A stretch of 62,223 bases of DNA, the filler included, from Nitrospirae bacterium CG2_30_53_67 (GTDB lineage Bacteria > CG2-30-53-67), in NCBI GenBank assembly GCA_001873285.1. It is 6 parts of 6 records of this genome, joined end to end, with 100 filler letters (N's around TTAATTAATTAA, not from the genome) between each part and the next. Parts side by side here need not be neighbours in the genome. Positions count along the whole stretch, not along the records: positions 56,792 to 62,223 come from MNYV01000014.1; 5 more parts are not named here. One strand, 5' to 3'. Below are positions 60,741 to 62,223 of the stretch, piece by piece. The notes beneath the pieces were generated by a model that did no database searches, had not been told where the DNA came from, and worked only from the letters and a program-made list of their open reading frames with translations. Every line of letters begins with the position of its first letter. Within the stretch, counting starts at the first letter, position 1. Position numbers and translations under genes: made by a program.

Positions 60741-62223
60741 ATGTCAAAATCCCTCTTCCGTATCTTTCTGATCGTATGTCTCTTCGCCGTGACCCTCTGC
60801 ATGGGAGCGTCCCCGCTTTTTGCCGGGGATGATTATGTCCCGGGTGAGATCATCGTCCGCTACAAGGCTGATGTCTCGGGCTCGGCTGTGGCCCGGTCCC
60901 TGAGCGAGAAAGGAGCGACTCGGCTGGGCAGCCTGAACAAGCTCAATATTCATTTTGTGGCTCTCCCCCGGGAAACCGGTGTGGAAGACGCTCTGGATAC
61001 CTATCGCAAGGACCCCAATGTCCTTTATGCCGAGCCCAACTACAGGGTCCATGCCCTATCTACCTTTCCCAATGAAAGAAACCTTGATGAATTTAAACAA
61101 CAGTGGGGTTTAAATAACACTGGTCCAAGCGGCCCGGCCATTGGTCCATCAGGTTTAAAAGGAACGGATAATGCAGATATTAATGCCCCCGAAGCTTGGG
61201 ACATACAAACAGGTTCTTCCAGCACGGTCATCGCCGTCCTGGATACGGGCATGGACCTGAACCATGAGGACTTGTCTGCGCACCTCTGGACCAACTCCGG
61301 GGAGACCGCCTCCAACAGCAAAGACGATGACGGAAACGGCTACGTGGACGACAAAAACGGGTGGGACTTTGTGAACAACGACAACGACCCGGACGACGAC
61401 AATGTCCGTTCCGGAAGCAGCGTGAACAGCCACGGCACTCATATCAGCGGGATCATCGGCGCCGTTTCCGACAACCTGAAAGGCGTGGGCGGCATCAACT
61501 GGAATGTCAAGCTCATGATCCTCAAGGTCCTTGACCAGAACGGCGAGGGAACCGTGAGCAATATCATATCGGCGATCCAGTACGCCGTGGACAAAGGGGT
61601 AAACATCATGAACGCGAGCTGGGGACTCACAAGCTTCAGCCAGTCCCTCTATGACGAGATCAAGAGCGCCGGAGAGAGCGGCGCCCTGATCGTCACCGCT
61701 GCAGGGAACACCAGTTCCGTGGAGTACCCTGCCCGCTTCAATCTGGACAACATCATCTCGGTCACCGCCACCGGGCTCAGCGACGAGCTGACCGATTTCG
61801 GGACGGGCACAAAAGCCGCCACGGATGTGGAGGATGTGGACCTCGGCGCTCCGGGCCATCTGATCTACAGCACCATCATTATGAATGATGGCCCATCGAA
61901 TGAAAGCTATTACTGGAAGGACGGAACATCCCAGGCCACGGCCTTTGTCACCGGCGTTGCGGGTCTTCTCCTTTCAGAGGATTCAACCCTCACGGCCGCC
62001 AAGATCAAGACACGAATCCTGAAAAGTGTGGATTCCGTCTCCGACCTGGCCTCGGTGACCGTGAGCGGCGGGCGTCTGGACGCTTTCGAAGCACTGTCCA
62101 GCCAGGTCGTGATTGTCCCATTCGGTACGGGATTGAATGTGGGAGAGACCAAGCAGTTCACCCTGGACGGTGCCACGGCCACAAGCTGGTCATCCAGCGA
62201 CACGAGCGTGGGGACCATTGATT
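60741..62223 (+). CDS. Secreted S8 subtilisin-like serine protease (runs off the window; absent from ORF track)
   Basis: AGGAGG RBS; signal peptide, propeptide YAEPNY, VLDTG, HGTH, AAGN, GTSQA. Confidence 0.93.
   Translation, partial: MSKSLFRIFLIVCLFAVTLCMGASPLFAGDDYVPGEIIVRYKADVSGSAVARSLSEKGATRLGSLNKLNIHFVALPRETGVEDALDTYRKDPNVLYAEPNYRVHALSTFPNERNLDEFKQQWGLNNTGPSGPAIGPSGLKGTDNADINAPEAWDIQTGSSSTVIAVLDTGMDLNHEDLSAHLWTNSGETASNSKDDDGNGYVDDKNGWDFVNNDNDPDDDNVRSGSSVNSHGTHISGIIGAVSDNLKGVGGINWNVKLMILKVLDQNGEGTVSNIISAIQYAVDKGVNIMNASWGLTSFSQSLYDEIKSAGESGALIVTAAGNTSSVEYPARFNLDNIISVTATGLSDELTDFGTGTKAATDVEDVDLGAPGHLIYSTIIMNDGPSNESYYWKDGTSQATAFVTGVAGLLLSEDSTLTAAKIKTRILKSVDSVSDLASVTVSGGRLDAFEALSSQVVIVPFGTGLNVGETKQFTLDGATATSWSSSDTSVGTID

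Overview
Bacterial draft-genome/MAG window, moderately GC-rich. Gene orders valS-nadC-birA-coaX, dgt-era-recO and bamA-skp-lpxD suggest a Deltaproteobacteria/Nitrospirota-like organism (inference). It consists of six pieces joined by artificial N-TTAATTAATTAA-N linkers (21906-22005, 26052-26151, 39754-39853, 43827-43926, 56692-56791), so adjacency across those joins is not evidence. Most content is housekeeping or metabolic: mgtE, pgk, mprF, add, bamA, lpxD, nfeD/SPFH, HK plus HD-GYP, dgt, era, recO, queD/queC, valS, nadC, birA, coaX, an OYE-type flavoenzyme, tilS, ETF-QO, comEA and a subtilase. Highlights: (1) a divergent, non-canonical tubulin/FtsZ-superfamily GTPase fused to C-terminal HEAT repeats, co-oriented with a TIGR00725 protein and a YprA/MrfA-like helicase; (2) two probable selenoproteins missed by the ORF track (glutaredoxin UPYC; thioredoxin-TPR USGC), each with a SECIS-like hairpin; (3) a toxin-antitoxin pair packaged as an integron-type cassette with an attC site but no integrase nearby; (4) a dense set of MITEs and palindromic repeats, including one with a 9-bp TSD that rewrote the recO C-terminus and one read in-frame inside a PEP-utilising kinase; (5) a candidate structured leader RNA before dgt; (6) a T9-frameshifted DASS transporter. 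Family assignments are from motif recognition only; no database searches were run.
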